Assembly (NCBI GenBank): GCA_029571225.1
Contig: JAKPTF010000061.1
Span: 3,051 to 67,050, forward strand
Direction: 5' to 3'
DNA from: Candidatus Omnitrophota bacterium
Lineage (GTDB): Bacteria > Omnitrophota > Gorgyraeia > Gygaellales > Profunditerraquicolaceae
Length of the DNA: 64,000 nt
The position numbers and the translations under genes were made by a program. Shown one piece after another: positions 16,963 through 26,395 of the stretch (positions are counted from its first letter, which is position 1; each line of letters starts with the position of its first letter). Below the pieces are notes generated by a model. It was not told where the DNA came from and made no database searches. It was given only the letters and a program-made list of their open reading frames with translations.

Positions 16963-17814
16963 TTACGATATCTTCTTTCTGCGCCGCGATGACGCGATAC
17001 CGAGCACGCCGGCGCCCACGATCATCAGCACGCTGCTCACCGGCTCAGGGACGACCTGGACCTTCAAGAACGGATAGTAACCCGTGCTCTTAGCAAACGT
17101 CGCTTCCAGCTCGTTCATTTGACCGGGACGCTGGATCTGATATACGGTCCCGTTAACCAGTTCCGTCCAATTACCGTCGATCTCATTGCTGATGACCACG
17201 CCATAATTTGTAGCTGGCTCGTTAAGCCACATCTGCACCATATCGGTAACGGTCCCGTTACCCGATGAAGCGTTTTCCCACGTTCGCAACCCGGGCGTTT
17301 CACCCGTAACATTGAAATTCAGGCTCGCGAACATCATGCCGCCGGAAAATGTAACATTGCGTTCCTTCTGCCTGTCCCATGTCAGATTCTGCATGTAGCT
17401 ATAACTATTAGCGCCTGTCACCTGCAGCACATTAATGAGATCAAAAGGCGAACTGCCGGGGAGATTCTCAACGCCGGAAAGATACATATTAAGGGAAGCT
17501 GAAACGATCGTATAATTCGCCAGCTCGGCCGCCAATTCCTGCTGATTGAACTTGAGATATGTACGCGTTGCATTAACTGCGTCATAGTATATCGAATCAG
17601 GGATCGGATTACCGATTGCATCGCCCACTTTCAGGAATGGATCAGAGCCGAAATCTGTTTTGGGATCTGACCGGTCCACATAGGTCATATTTGACGGATA
17701 AAAAAATGCAACCGTATGTTCTTCGTTCCACTGGAACGCGGCGAAAGCGCGGGACGCCAGAGCCATAATGATAACCGACGAGAACACAAATATTTTGATC
17801 GATGTCCTTTTCAT
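16963..17814 (-). CDS. Secreted protein with PEP-CTERM sorting signal (N-terminal region possibly DNRLRE/CBM96-like)
   Basis: ORF 16963..17949 trimmed to MKRTSIKIFVFSSVIIMALASRAFA (ATG 17814-17812, SD GAGGTG 5 nt upstream), because the longer ORF overlaps the tpsA 3' end. C-terminus VPEPVSSVLMIVGAGVLGIASSRRRKKIS = PEP motif + TM + basic cluster. Confidence 0.7.
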   Translation of the reverse strand: MKRTSIKIFVFSSVIIMALASRAFAAFQWNEEHTVAFFYPSNMTYVDRSDPKTDFGSDPFLKVGDAIGNPIPDSIYYDAVNATRTYLKFNQQELAAELANYTIVSASLNMYLSGVENLPGSSPFDLINVLQVTGANSYSYMQNLTWDRQKERNVTFSGGMMFASLNFNVTGETPGLRTWENASSGNGTVTDMVQMWLNEPATNYGVVISNEIDGNWTELVNGTVYQIQRPGQMNELEATFAKSTGYYPFLKVQVVPEPVSSVLMIVGAGVLGIASSRRRKKIS

Positions 17815-17824
17815 ACGGCACCTC

Positions 17825-20800
17825 TTATAGCTGTCTGTATTTTTTGTCGAATTCCTGGAAGAACTGCAGAAGGCCTTCATTGCCGATGAGACGAAGCTCT
17901 CCGTCGATAAGCTCGTAAGAGCCGGCGCCGAGCGGCAACGGCTCGACACTGCCCGTGTCTGCCTGCGTGACGGGATGATACGCGAAGACCGTCCCTATCG
18001 GGGAGCTGAACTGCATGGTCTCCAGCGCGGCAGGATCAACAGTCGAAGGTTCGTAGGAGATGATATTGCCCAGCGGCGCGGCAGGCGCTTCCGGGGCCGG
18101 AGCAGACGGCACAACAGGGCCTGGCTGCGTGCCATCACCCTGATCGTCGTCATCTGTTTCATCAGGTTCAATCGCAGGTTCCGGCGAAGGCGCATTATTG
18201 AAATATACCGGGCCGGGAGCGTCGTTAAGCAGTTGTATCGCATCCGGCTCGACAGAACCGTTGACTGCGCCTTCCAGATTCCCGCTCACCGCTTCATTCA
18301 ATTCCTCATCCATTATCTGGCCATAGACCCGCAAGGTAACAGAGCCGCCATCCACCATAATACGTAAAGGCGCATCAAGGGCGCCGATAGTGCTTGTCCC
18401 TTCGGAAATATATTCATTCCCGGCCTGCAGATACACATCGGACCCGGCGGTTATGTGCGTCATTTCTCCTGCGCCTGCAATAATGGACCCTGTGTCGCTG
18501 ATCAGGGACAACCCCCCCAGGTCCATCATAACCGGCACATCCAGGACAATGTCGCCTGATGCCCAGATATCGATCCCGGCATCTCCGGTCCTTGATAAAT
18601 ACTCGCCGCCCGGTTCTTCGGTCTCGGTAACGGTCACACTGCCGGATGTCGACTTGACCGTCAGCGCGCCTAACAACTCGCCGCTTGAAGGGCCAAGCGC
18701 AAGATCGAGTTCATTTTCTCCGCAGATTATCCTGTCGCCGATGATCTCGATCGCCCCTGCTGTCTGGATCGCATGGCTGTCTGCCAGGATATACGGATCG
18801 CGATAAAACACTGCGACATCGCCATAGGGAATCCCGTTAATGATCAAGCTGCCCGCGCCGTTGCCGATGCCCTGCGGATCAAACGGGTCATAATCAGCCC
18901 TTAATACGATCTCGACCGCGCTCAAATCCGAGTTAACCACCACATCCCCTGCGGAATACAGGCGGATATACGGCACCACGGAATACCCTTCGTAATAATC
19001 AATGTCCTCGGCCACAGATCCGGTGTCCAGCGTCGATGCAAGGGATATGCCCGGATATCCCCACCCGGGGATATTCAGATCAAGACTCGGCAAAAGTCCG
19101 TCAGTAGACACGTCGATCCCGTCCCCCGCGTAGAAATCGAAAGACTGCGCTCCGGAGAAATTGAAATTGGCCCCACCCAGATCCGCGGAATCCCCCGTGT
19201 GGCTGAGCGTGCCTGAACCGCTCCAGTCAGCATCTGCCAGGAGCGAAACAGTCCCGGACGCATAATACATTTCCGATTCGTAAAAAGAATAAGAGCCGAA
19301 TGATTCAATAGGAATTAGTTCCACAAGAGCCAGATCAAGAGTGATATTCCCGCCTGCTGAAAGCTCTATGTCCCCTGCCGCTGCCGAAACAGTATCTTCA
19401 GACGCTTCCATGCTGATGCAATACGCGCGGGCGCTGCTGGTGATCTGCGCATAACCTGAAACCGAGATATTCCCCGGGCTTGAAAGAAGAACGTCTCCGG
19501 CAGTGATGTCTATTTCGTTCACTGCGACCCAATCCGCGTCATTATCATTCTGGCCGGAGTAAACACGGCCGTCAGTAAGCGAAATATTGGCGCCGAACAA
19601 ACTGACATCGCCCGACGTAAGATACAGGATACCGGCATTGTCGCTGCTGGTCGTGGCGCTGGTATATGCATACCCGCCGGGCAAAGACAGATCGCCTCCG
19701 GCATAGACCAGGACATCGCCGGTTTCTGCTTCAAGACGGCGCGGGCTGATATCGTCTCCACCGTATGCCTCGGCTGTTGAATACACGCCGATAGCGACAC
19801 TTACCGGGCCGTTTAAGCACTGGACCGTCACATCATCGGAATAAGCGAACGCCTCGGAATCTTCGTATATAGTATTGGCTGACGCGTTTGACCAGACCAG
19901 CGTGGTATTCGGGATGGTGATCGGGCCGTTGTAAGAAATCAGGTTGACCTTGCCGGTAACCGCCCGCGCCACATCACCGGCATACGCGATGGCGTCGGAG
20001 TAGATGTGGCCGGCCGGGCTGATCGCATACCACGCATCCAGGGTCACATCGCCTGCCTGGGCATAGGAATTGAACGCGCTGCCGGAGGCAACGGCATGGC
20101 CGTAAATCAAAGTATTATCGTAGGTATTGATGTTGCGTCCGGCATCGACCAGCACTGCCATATAACGCCATTCGTAATTATTGTCATCGTAAGCATAGGT
20201 CCCGGCGATCGCATCAGACCAGGTGCCGGCATTGCCTTCGACAAAGGTCTGGGCAGAAGCATCGGAACGCACGTCCGTGCGGTAGATCGAGATATCGCCG
20301 CCTGAGGAAAGAGAAACGCTGGAGGAATATGCTGTGGCAGTCATGCCGCCCAAGGCATAGGCGTAGGAGAAGATATCCGCGCCGTAATAATACTCGGCAT
20401 CCCTGCCGTCAATGCTCAAAGAATTGCCCGCGGACAGGCTGACTGTGCCGCTTCGCGCAAGAGCCGTGCTATCGGGGTTCTCGTACACAGAGGCAGAGGC
20501 CTGGGAATAGATCAGTTCGAGGAAACCGGTCTCGATCAGGTTGTTTCCGGCGCTCAAAATTACGTTACCGCTGTTGGCAGAGCAGTTACCGTAACCGCTG
20601 GCATTGGCCTGGGAATTGACCCTGCCCCATTCCATATCGATATCGCCGAGGCCGGCGTAAATGCTCACATTGCCGGAAATGGCATACCCGGTTCCTTCAT
20701 AGACAAACGCCCCGGCATAGGAATACACACTGGCGCCGCGGCCGAAAATCACATCCAGACCGGCATCAAGGGTAACATTGCCGGAATACCCGTTCGGCGC

Positions 20801-23800
20801 ATCGCCTTCACCGAGGTCGCTATTTGAGTACACGCTGACCTGCTCGGCAAGCACAATGCTGCCGTCAGCGGTCAGGGTCAGATCGCGGTCTCCGATGGTG
20901 TAGATATCCTCATTGACATATATGTTTCCGGCAGTAATCAGGGTGATATCGCCGTCGGTTATCACTCCGCCGTCATGGTCATCGAACGTGCCTGCATTAA
21001 TATCAAGGTCGGACAGACTGTCGATAACGATCGCACCCGTGTTATTGGAAACATGCATGGTCTCTACGGTGCCCAAACCCATATCAACGCCGCTGTTGGC
21101 ATATAATTCCACGTTATACGCGCTGATCCTGCCGGTGCCGGGAGCGAGAATAGTCTGCGCGTAGATCTCAAGCCCCGAAAGCGCAGTTCCATAAACCCTC
21201 ACATCATCCAGCGCGCCCTGCGCGAGGCGGTACATATGGCCCCAGCCGCCGATAAAGAAACTGCCGTAGGTATCGACCGAGTCGGGCGAGGTCCCAAAGG
21301 TGCTGCCGTATTGAAGCTCATCGGTGTCAGGATTCAGGTCATTCTCCTGGAACAGATACATACTGCCTTCAGAACCTTCGCGGACCATTGCGAGCCGATA
21401 CCACTGGTTGTCATTGACGGTAACGGGGCTGCTGGCGTCCATGTCGTTATTGACCCAGCTCTGCAGCGCACCGTATTGCGTTTCCATAGCATAACCGGAA
21501 GTATACGGATACGGGGACACGCCCATCAAGCCGACATTGTTCCTGCTCTGTTCTCCCTGATACCAGCATATTAAGGTAAAAGCGCCTGTGCCGAAGTAAA
21601 AATCGCGGCCGATATTGATATAATCGTTGACGCCGTTGAAATAAAGCGCCTGGCCGAACCCATCCGGCCCGGGCACGATTCCCGGGTTGCCGCTGGCATA
21701 TGCAGAATAGCCGTTTCCGCTCACATCCTGGGCATAGTAATAATAATAGTACGGCTCCTGGTCAAAATTCCAGTATGCCCGCATGCCGAAATTCTCTACT
21801 TCCATGTTCCTGCGGGTGATATACCCCAGAGCGTCAAGGGTGACATATGATCCCGGAGCAACGATATCGGCAAACGTGCTCAGAATAATATTACCTTCAG
21901 CTGAAAGCCACACATCAAAAGACGCGTAAATACCGTATCGAATTGACAGGTTACCACCGCAATCAATACTAACCTCGCCGGCCTCGCCTCCTGAAACGCG
22001 GTTGGAGATAGCCAGAACTGTCAGGTCATTGGGGCTGTAAATATAAATATCTCCGTAATCGACGTTTTCCGCTGCGAAATTCCGCACATTCACTTCAAAA
22101 GGATTATAATAACTGCCGATGCCGCCTTCGGCAGTGATGTAGAGTTCATCCGCAGTGACATCAGCGCCTTCGCTGTCGCCCCAGACAGGGCCTGAACAAT
22201 TAATAACCACAAGACCGGGAGAACGTACATCGGAAACAGCCAGGCCGCGAGACCCAAGCTCTTCAAGGAAGATATCGCCGTCTTCGCCCGGAACAGGATT
22301 GGTAACTGCAGAAACATGTCCCGCATTGTAGGTCTGGATAAAGCCCGCGAGCGAGCCGATACCGGAACCAGCGCGTAGCACAAGGCTGCTGTATTCGGTA
22401 TTTTCGGAGAAATAGATCACATAATCGCCGGTATTGATAATGGCGCCTATGCCGTCATGCCAATCGCCAACAGTCTCGCTGTTATGGTCTGCTAAAATGG
22501 AGAAATAAATATCGTAGTATTCACCGCTGGTGACATAGATGTCACCAACAATGGAGATATCATTCGGGGAATAAATTATCGTATTTGAGGAGAATTCGCC
22601 GCTGATCACGGAGAGCAGCGGGTCGAGGATGGCTTTGCCGGGGGTATATCCCGGAGGCGCACGGCCGTTCAAAATGCCGTAAAAACCGAGTTGTTCGAAA
22701 GCGTCGATCCGTAACAGGCCGCCGTTGCCTGAAACCGCGCCTGCTGAAAAATCTATTTTCGCGTTTTTATTGACAAAAACGCTTGTCTGTTTTGATGTGA
22801 TATTGATCCTTCCGCCGTTACCCACAATACCCATTGCCCTGGCTTCAGTGCAGCTTGAGCTGTCAAAGGTAGCAGTGCCTTCGCTGACAATAATGATCTC
22901 GCCTGCTGCGCCCTGCTCAAGCGCATTGGCGCAAATCAGCCCCTGCTGGAGCACTGAGGTCGCTTCGATCGCGATCTTGCCGCCATCAGGGCTTGCTGCA
23001 GCCACTGCGTTGGCGATTATCCTTGCCTCAGGCGTATTGACGAAATCGGCATTGCTTCCCTTAATATATATCCGGTCAGCTTCCAGGGTGCCTGAGTTGA
23101 CGATCGGCGCGCCTTCTGCAACCAGCTCAATGACCCCCTCACGCTCTACCAGGGAGGTGACCTTTACCAGGCCGGTATTGTTGATCGCATGGTCAAACAC
23201 GCGGTTCAAGACCTTTGCTGTCAGCATAACCTTGCCGCCTTCTGCCAGGATAGAACCGCTGTTCTTCACCGCGCTTGTCATCTTTACGCCGCCAGGGCCA
23301 AAGACCTCGCTTTGCACTGCCTCATCCACCACCACTGAAATGGCGTTCTGATCTTCCAGAGAAACCGTGATCTTTTCCCCTGCTGCCAGGACGACCGTGC
23401 CTAATTCAGCCTGGATCATCATGCGGTTATCCACAGCGCCGCCAAGCAGGCATACATACCCGCCCCTGGCATTGATCGTGCCTTCATTGATCACATAGCC
23501 GTTCTTGCCTGACTTGGTGAACACGTGCTTGCCATTCAAAAAATCGTCGTTTGAAATATTAAGCGATGACGCCACCAGGCCCGCGACATCTACGCGCGAA
23601 TTCGGCCCGAAAATAACGCCGTTGGGATTAACGATGAATACCCGGCCGTTGGCATTAAGCGTCCCCATGATCGCTGAAGGATCAACGCCGACCACGCGGT
23701 TCAATACGATCGAACTCGCGGAGGGCTGCTGAAAACTGACTGTTTCTGGCTGGGCAATGCTGAAACTGTTATAATTGACGATCAGCCGCTCTGACGGGGT

Positions 23801-23977
23801 ATTGACATTAAGCGTATTGCTGGCTGAACGGTCGAATGTCGCGGAACCGGATACAACGCTCTCCCCTTCGGGAAGCGCGAATGCGATTAACGGAATAAAA
23901 AGAAACACGATCGTGGCGGTCAACAGGCAGGATGTGCGTGCAGCACTTCTCATGATATTCCTTACTGCGGATTTCAA
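17825..23977 (-). CDS. Giant two-partner-secretion exoprotein (TpsA; filamentous-haemagglutinin-like, 2050 aa)
   Basis: Signal peptide, then TPS domain: ...LNVNTPSERLIVNYNSFSIAQPETVSFQQPSASSIVLNRVVGVDPSAIMGTLNANGRVFIVNPNGVIFGPNSRVDVAGLVASSLNISN (NPNG motif). Long degenerate G/S/A/D/Y-rich beta-helix-like repeats and a P-rich linker near the C-terminus. Confidence 0.9.
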   Translation of the reverse strand: MKSAVRNIMRSAARTSCLLTATIVFLFIPLIAFALPEGESVVSGSATFDRSASNTLNVNTPSERLIVNYNSFSIAQPETVSFQQPSASSIVLNRVVGVDPSAIMGTLNANGRVFIVNPNGVIFGPNSRVDVAGLVASSLNISNDDFLNGKHVFTKSGKNGYVINEGTINARGGYVCLLGGAVDNRMMIQAELGTVVLAAGEKITVSLEDQNAISVVVDEAVQSEVFGPGGVKMTSAVKNSGSILAEGGKVMLTAKVLNRVFDHAINNTGLVKVTSLVEREGVIELVAEGAPIVNSGTLEADRIYIKGSNADFVNTPEARIIANAVAAASPDGGKIAIEATSVLQQGLICANALEQGAAGEIIIVSEGTATFDSSSCTEARAMGIVGNGGRINITSKQTSVFVNKNAKIDFSAGAVSGNGGLLRIDAFEQLGFYGILNGRAPPGYTPGKAILDPLLSVISGEFSSNTIIYSPNDISIVGDIYVTSGEYYDIYFSILADHNSETVGDWHDGIGAIINTGDYVIYFSENTEYSSLVLRAGSGIGSLAGFIQTYNAGHVSAVTNPVPGEDGDIFLEELGSRGLAVSDVRSPGLVVINCSGPVWGDSEGADVTADELYITAEGGIGSYYNPFEVNVRNFAAENVDYGDIYIYSPNDLTVLAISNRVSGGEAGEVSIDCGGNLSIRYGIYASFDVWLSAEGNIILSTFADIVAPGSYVTLDALGYITRRNMEVENFGMRAYWNFDQEPYYYYYYAQDVSGNGYSAYASGNPGIVPGPDGFGQALYFNGVNDYINIGRDFYFGTGAFTLICWYQGEQSRNNVGLMGVSPYPYTSGYAMETQYGALQSWVNNDMDASSPVTVNDNQWYRLAMVREGSEGSMYLFQENDLNPDTDELQYGSTFGTSPDSVDTYGSFFIGGWGHMYRLAQGALDDVRVYGTALSGLEIYAQTILAPGTGRISAYNVELYANSGVDMGLGTVETMHVSNNTGAIVIDSLSDLDINAGTFDDHDGGVITDGDITLITAGNIYVNEDIYTIGDRDLTLTADGSIVLAEQVSVYSNSDLGEGDAPNGYSGNVTLDAGLDVIFGRGASVYSYAGAFVYEGTGYAISGNVSIYAGLGDIDMEWGRVNSQANASGYGNCSANSGNVILSAGNNLIETGFLELIYSQASASVYENPDSTALARSGTVSLSAGNSLSIDGRDAEYYYGADIFSYAYALGGMTATAYSSSVSLSSGGDISIYRTDVRSDASAQTFVEGNAGTWSDAIAGTYAYDDNNYEWRYMAVLVDAGRNINTYDNTLIYGHAVASGSAFNSYAQAGDVTLDAWYAISPAGHIYSDAIAYAGDVARAVTGKVNLISYNGPITIPNTTLVWSNASANTIYEDSEAFAYSDDVTVQCLNGPVSVAIGVYSTAEAYGGDDISPRRLEAETGDVLVYAGGDLSLPGGYAYTSATTSSDNAGILYLTSGDVSLFGANISLTDGRVYSGQNDNDADWVAVNEIDITAGDVLLSSPGNISVSGYAQITSSARAYCISMEASEDTVSAAAGDIELSAGGNITLDLALVELIPIESFGSYSFYESEMYYASGTVSLLADADWSGSGTLSHTGDSADLGGANFNFSGAQSFDFYAGDGIDVSTDGLLPSLDLNIPGWGYPGISLASTLDTGSVAEDIDYYEGYSVVPYIRLYSAGDVVVNSDLSAVEIVLRADYDPFDPQGIGNGAGSLIINGIPYGDVAVFYRDPYILADSHAIQTAGAIEIIGDRIICGENELDLALGPSSGELLGALTVKSTSGSVTVTETEEPGGEYLSRTGDAGIDIWASGDIVLDVPVMMDLGGLSLISDTGSIIAGAGEMTHITAGSDVYLQAGNEYISEGTSTIGALDAPLRIMVDGGSVTLRVYGQIMDEELNEAVSGNLEGAVNGSVEPDAIQLLNDAPGPVYFNNAPSPEPAIEPDETDDDDQGDGTQPGPVVPSAPAPEAPAAPLGNIISYEPSTVDPAALETMQFSSPIGTVFAYHPVTQADTGSVEPLPLGAGSYELIDGELRLIGNEGLLQFFQEFDKKYRQL
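21155..21781 (-). other. LamG/concanavalin-A-like lectin domain embedded in TpsA, aa ~733-941
   Basis: AYWNFDQEP...DVSGNGYSAYASGNPGIVPGPDGFGQALYFNGVNDYINIG...FTLICWY...WYRLAMVREGSEGSMYLF...LDDVRVYGTALSGLEI matches the usual Laminin_G_3 pattern. A Y6 run occurs at aa 743-748. Confidence 0.65.
23078..23875 (-). other. TPS (haemagglutination-activity) secretion domain of TpsA, aa ~35-300
   Basis: Conserved NxNxF and NPNG motifs as quoted above. Coordinates converted from amino-acid positions. Confidence 0.8.
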
Positions 23978-24018
23978 CTGGAATGAAAACGTTTACAATT
24001 TATCGGGTTACGGGTATA

Positions 24019-24047
24019 AATATACACTATAAATATAGAAATTTCAA
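24019..24047 (-). promoter_or_regulatory. Possible internal promoter for tpsA (TTGAAA-N17-TATATT)
   Basis: Minus strand of the AT-rich 80-nt tpsB-tpsA spacer. SD AAGGA lies upstream of ATG 23977. Confidence 0.35.
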
Positions 24048-24057
24048 GTATTATTTA

Positions 24058-25761
24058 CTAAAATTCTTTCGAGACCGCGATCCACGGATGCATATGGTCA
24101 TCGTCCGACGGAGTCCTGTCAAGCGGCCAGGCAAGATCAGCCCGGACCGAGAAGTCTTCAGGCAGATTGAACCTCATGCCGAAGCCCGCGCTTCGTAAAG
24201 TGTCGCTCTTGAGTTCCCCTGCCTGCGGCTTTTTCAAACGCGCCCATCCCCAGTCATAGAATAAAGCGACCCGCAACGCGTCATAGAACTTCGCTTTTGA
24301 AAACGGAACCATGAAATCCTTAGGGATAAAAGAAAGCGGCAGCAGCCACTCGAACGTAGAGGCCAGCCCCTGGTCGCCCACATATTCTCCGGAGGGATAG
24401 CCCCTGACATTCGATATGCCTCCCACCTGGAACTGCTGGGATGCGGCAAGCGGATATGCTGACAACTGGAAAGAGTTCTTCCACAAAAGAGCCGAAGAGA
24501 AAGGCATCTTCTGCAGCCGTAAAAGATTGGCGGGGAACTTGAGGAATTTCCCTCCTGCGCCGACGCGCGAACACCGCGAATCAGTATCGTCCATGCCTCC
24601 AAGGATATTCGGGATGCCGATATGCGCTTCGGGAGAGAATATAGTCCTGCCGCCTCCCATCCAGGAATCCGAATAATCCGCGTCGAGGCCGAATTTCATC
24701 ACGCGCATGCGGTCGCGGCTCTGCTCAGCCCCTGCCTGGAAATTATACGAATCCAGATAATCGAAACCGGTGTTCAGGGTAACGGTAAGGTCCTAGTTGT
24801 TCAGTATTTCATGCATGAGGAATATCCCGTATACCTTGCTCTTGCCGCGCGCGTCGAGATCGGCATATTCTTCGCCCAGAGAAAGCTTGGACCGCGAGGC
24901 AAACGCTCCGATCTTGGTGGTCTCGGAAAGCGGCACCAGATACCGCCCTGATATCAACCGGTAATCCTCACCCTCGCCGAGTTGATACTGCAGGGAAAGC
25001 ATATCATCCAGGCCGAACGCGTTGTTATGGCTGACAGTCCCTGAAAAACGGTCCTTGCCGACATACCGGGACGCATAATTATCGTAATCAAACCGCACAT
25101 GGACCGGCATGTTGTCCGCCACGTCAAGCATGATATCGCTGCTTCCTGTTTCCTTGCCCGGTGACAGGACTGCCTTGACATTCCGGTCAGGATGTTCGTT
25201 CAGGCGCGCGAGCCCTATTCTGAGCTTTTTATAATTGAAGAGATCACCCTTCTGAAGGTTGATCCGTTTCTGTATGAGCGCGGTCTTGAAATACCTGTTG
25301 CCTTTGATGCCAATATCGCCGACCGTACCCTCAACGGCCATGATCTCCAGGACGCCCTCGACGATCTTCTGGGGAGGCAGATACGCGCGCGAGGTCACGT
25401 ATCCTTTCCTGCGGTATGCGTCGGTCAACAGATCCGCGACCTTCTGCATGTCTGCGAGGCTCAATTCCCTGTTCTCGAACGGTGTCGTGATCCTGGATAT
25501 CTCGAAATAACTCAGCAGCGTAACGCGGCTGACATTGATCGTCCTTACATATGCCTTCTGCTCTTTTGCGGCAGGAAGCGGCACTGAAGCTGCAGGTTCC
25601 TCGATCTGCGGTTTTTCAGGCTCCCGCTCGATGCGCTCACGCAAAAGTTTCTCTTCTTCGACCTGACGCTCGCCGGTCTGGACTTTTTCTACCTGGGCAA
25701 TGACGAATGAAGGGAATAATACGGAAAGACAGACGACTGCGGCGAAAATGGAATTACGCAT
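24058..25761 (-). pseudogene. TpsB (ShlB/FhaC/HecB-type POTRA + 16-strand barrel transporter) interrupted by a single in-frame TAG
   Basis: ORFs 24793..25761 and 24058..24708 are in the same frame (24795-24708 = 87 = 29 codons). Translation across the gap is continuous: ...FLMHEILNN*DLTVTLNTGFDYLDSYNFQAGAEQSRDRMRVMKFGLD... The 567-residue read-through product is collinear with the intact 581-aa paralog at 31331-33076, including the C-terminal ...HPWIAVSKEF versus ...HAWFALTKGF. Confidence 0.8.
24793..24795 (-). other. In-frame amber (TAG) codon inside tpsB
   Basis: Plus strand cta at 24793-24795. Codon 323 of the otherwise intact reading frame. Confidence 0.95.
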
Positions 25762-25796
25762 ACCTGCCCCCTTGTTAAGCTGAATCTATAACCCTC

Positions 25797-25824
25797 ATTG
25801 TAACATAAACTTTCGCGCCTGCAA
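25797..25824 (-). promoter_or_regulatory. sigma70-type promoter with extended -10 for tpsB (TTGCAG-N16-TGtTACAAT)
   Basis: Minus strand: ACTTGCAGGCGCGAAAGTTTATGTTACAAT. A 35-nt leader with a G-rich SD precedes ATG 25761. Confidence 0.5.
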
Positions 25825-25838
25825 GTAAATACTGGTAT

Positions 25839-26339
25839 TTACCAGCGCTCGTAATGAACGCGGTTTTCGTCATAGCGGTCAGCCGGCGGCAGTTCTTGAG
25901 CCGGATATCCGACCGGGATCACGGCAAAAGGCACAATATTTTCAGGAAGATTGAAATATTTCCGCAGATAATCGACCCTGTCCTGGCGAGGAAAAACTCC
26001 CAGCCACACCGCGCCAAGGCCCTGGGACGTCACTTCAATGAGCATGTTTTCGACCGCAGCGGCGCAGTCCTGCATCCAGTATCCCTGATGCTTTTCCCTT
26101 GACAGATCCCCGCATACCACGATGGCCACCGGCGCCTCTGCTGCAGAATGAGCGTACGCAGAGCATTCGCTAACCTTTTTTCTGCTTGCGGGGTCGCGCA
26201 CCACGATGAACTGCCACGGCTGCTGATTTCCGGCAGAAGGCGCTGCCATAGCTGCCTTCAAAATCTTTGTAACCGCCTCTGCGGAAACATCCCTGTCAAC
26301 GAACCTTCGTATGCTTCTTCTCTTCAGTATATCGTCCAT
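25839..26339 (-). CDS. Nitroreductase-family flavoprotein
   Basis: 166 aa. ILKRRSIRRFVDRDVSAEAVTKILKAAMAAPSAGNQQPWQFIVVRD is the classic nitroreductase N-terminal motif. Confidence 0.85.
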   Translation of the reverse strand: MDDILKRRSIRRFVDRDVSAEAVTKILKAAMAAPSAGNQQPWQFIVVRDPASRKKVSECSAYAHSAAEAPVAIVVCGDLSREKHQGYWMQDCAAAVENMLIEVTSQGLGAVWLGVFPRQDRVDYLRKYFNLPENIVPFAVIPVGYPAQELPPADRYDENRVHYERW

Positions 26340-26360
26340 GTGCCTGCCTCCTGAAATATC

Positions 26361-26389
26361 TTGAAATAAGGATCCTTTTACGCTACAAT
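26361..26389 (+). promoter_or_regulatory. sigma70-type promoter (TTGAAA-N17-TACAAT) ending 6 nt before ATG 26396; implies a leaderless mRNA
   Basis: Plus strand: TTGAAATAAGGATCCTTTTACGCTACAATacagctATG. No SD is possible in the 6-nt gap. Confidence 0.5.
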
Positions 26390-26395
26390 ACAGCT

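Noticed and set aside
16963-17949. Longer forms of several track ORFs (16963..17949, 1525..2430, 7041..8054, 33167..33979, 35885..37540, 52707..53237, 59251..59898)
   Set aside because: Each extension overlaps the 3' end of the upstream gene and lacks an SD. Internal ATGs give signal peptides or proper domain starts, and most are preceded by a GGAGG-type SD or form an ATGA overlap.
17825-18400. TpsA C-terminus as a CdiA-type toxin with downstream immunity gene
   Set aside because: No VENN or other pre-toxin demarcation motif was seen. The downstream gene encodes a signal-peptide PEP-CTERM protein, unlike small cytoplasmic immunity proteins.
24793-24795. TAG as a reassigned sense codon (alternative genetic code or Pyl)
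   Set aside because: TAG terminates several well-delimited genes here (2339, 24058, 31331, 34743) at positions matching expected protein ends. No pyl genes are seen in the window.
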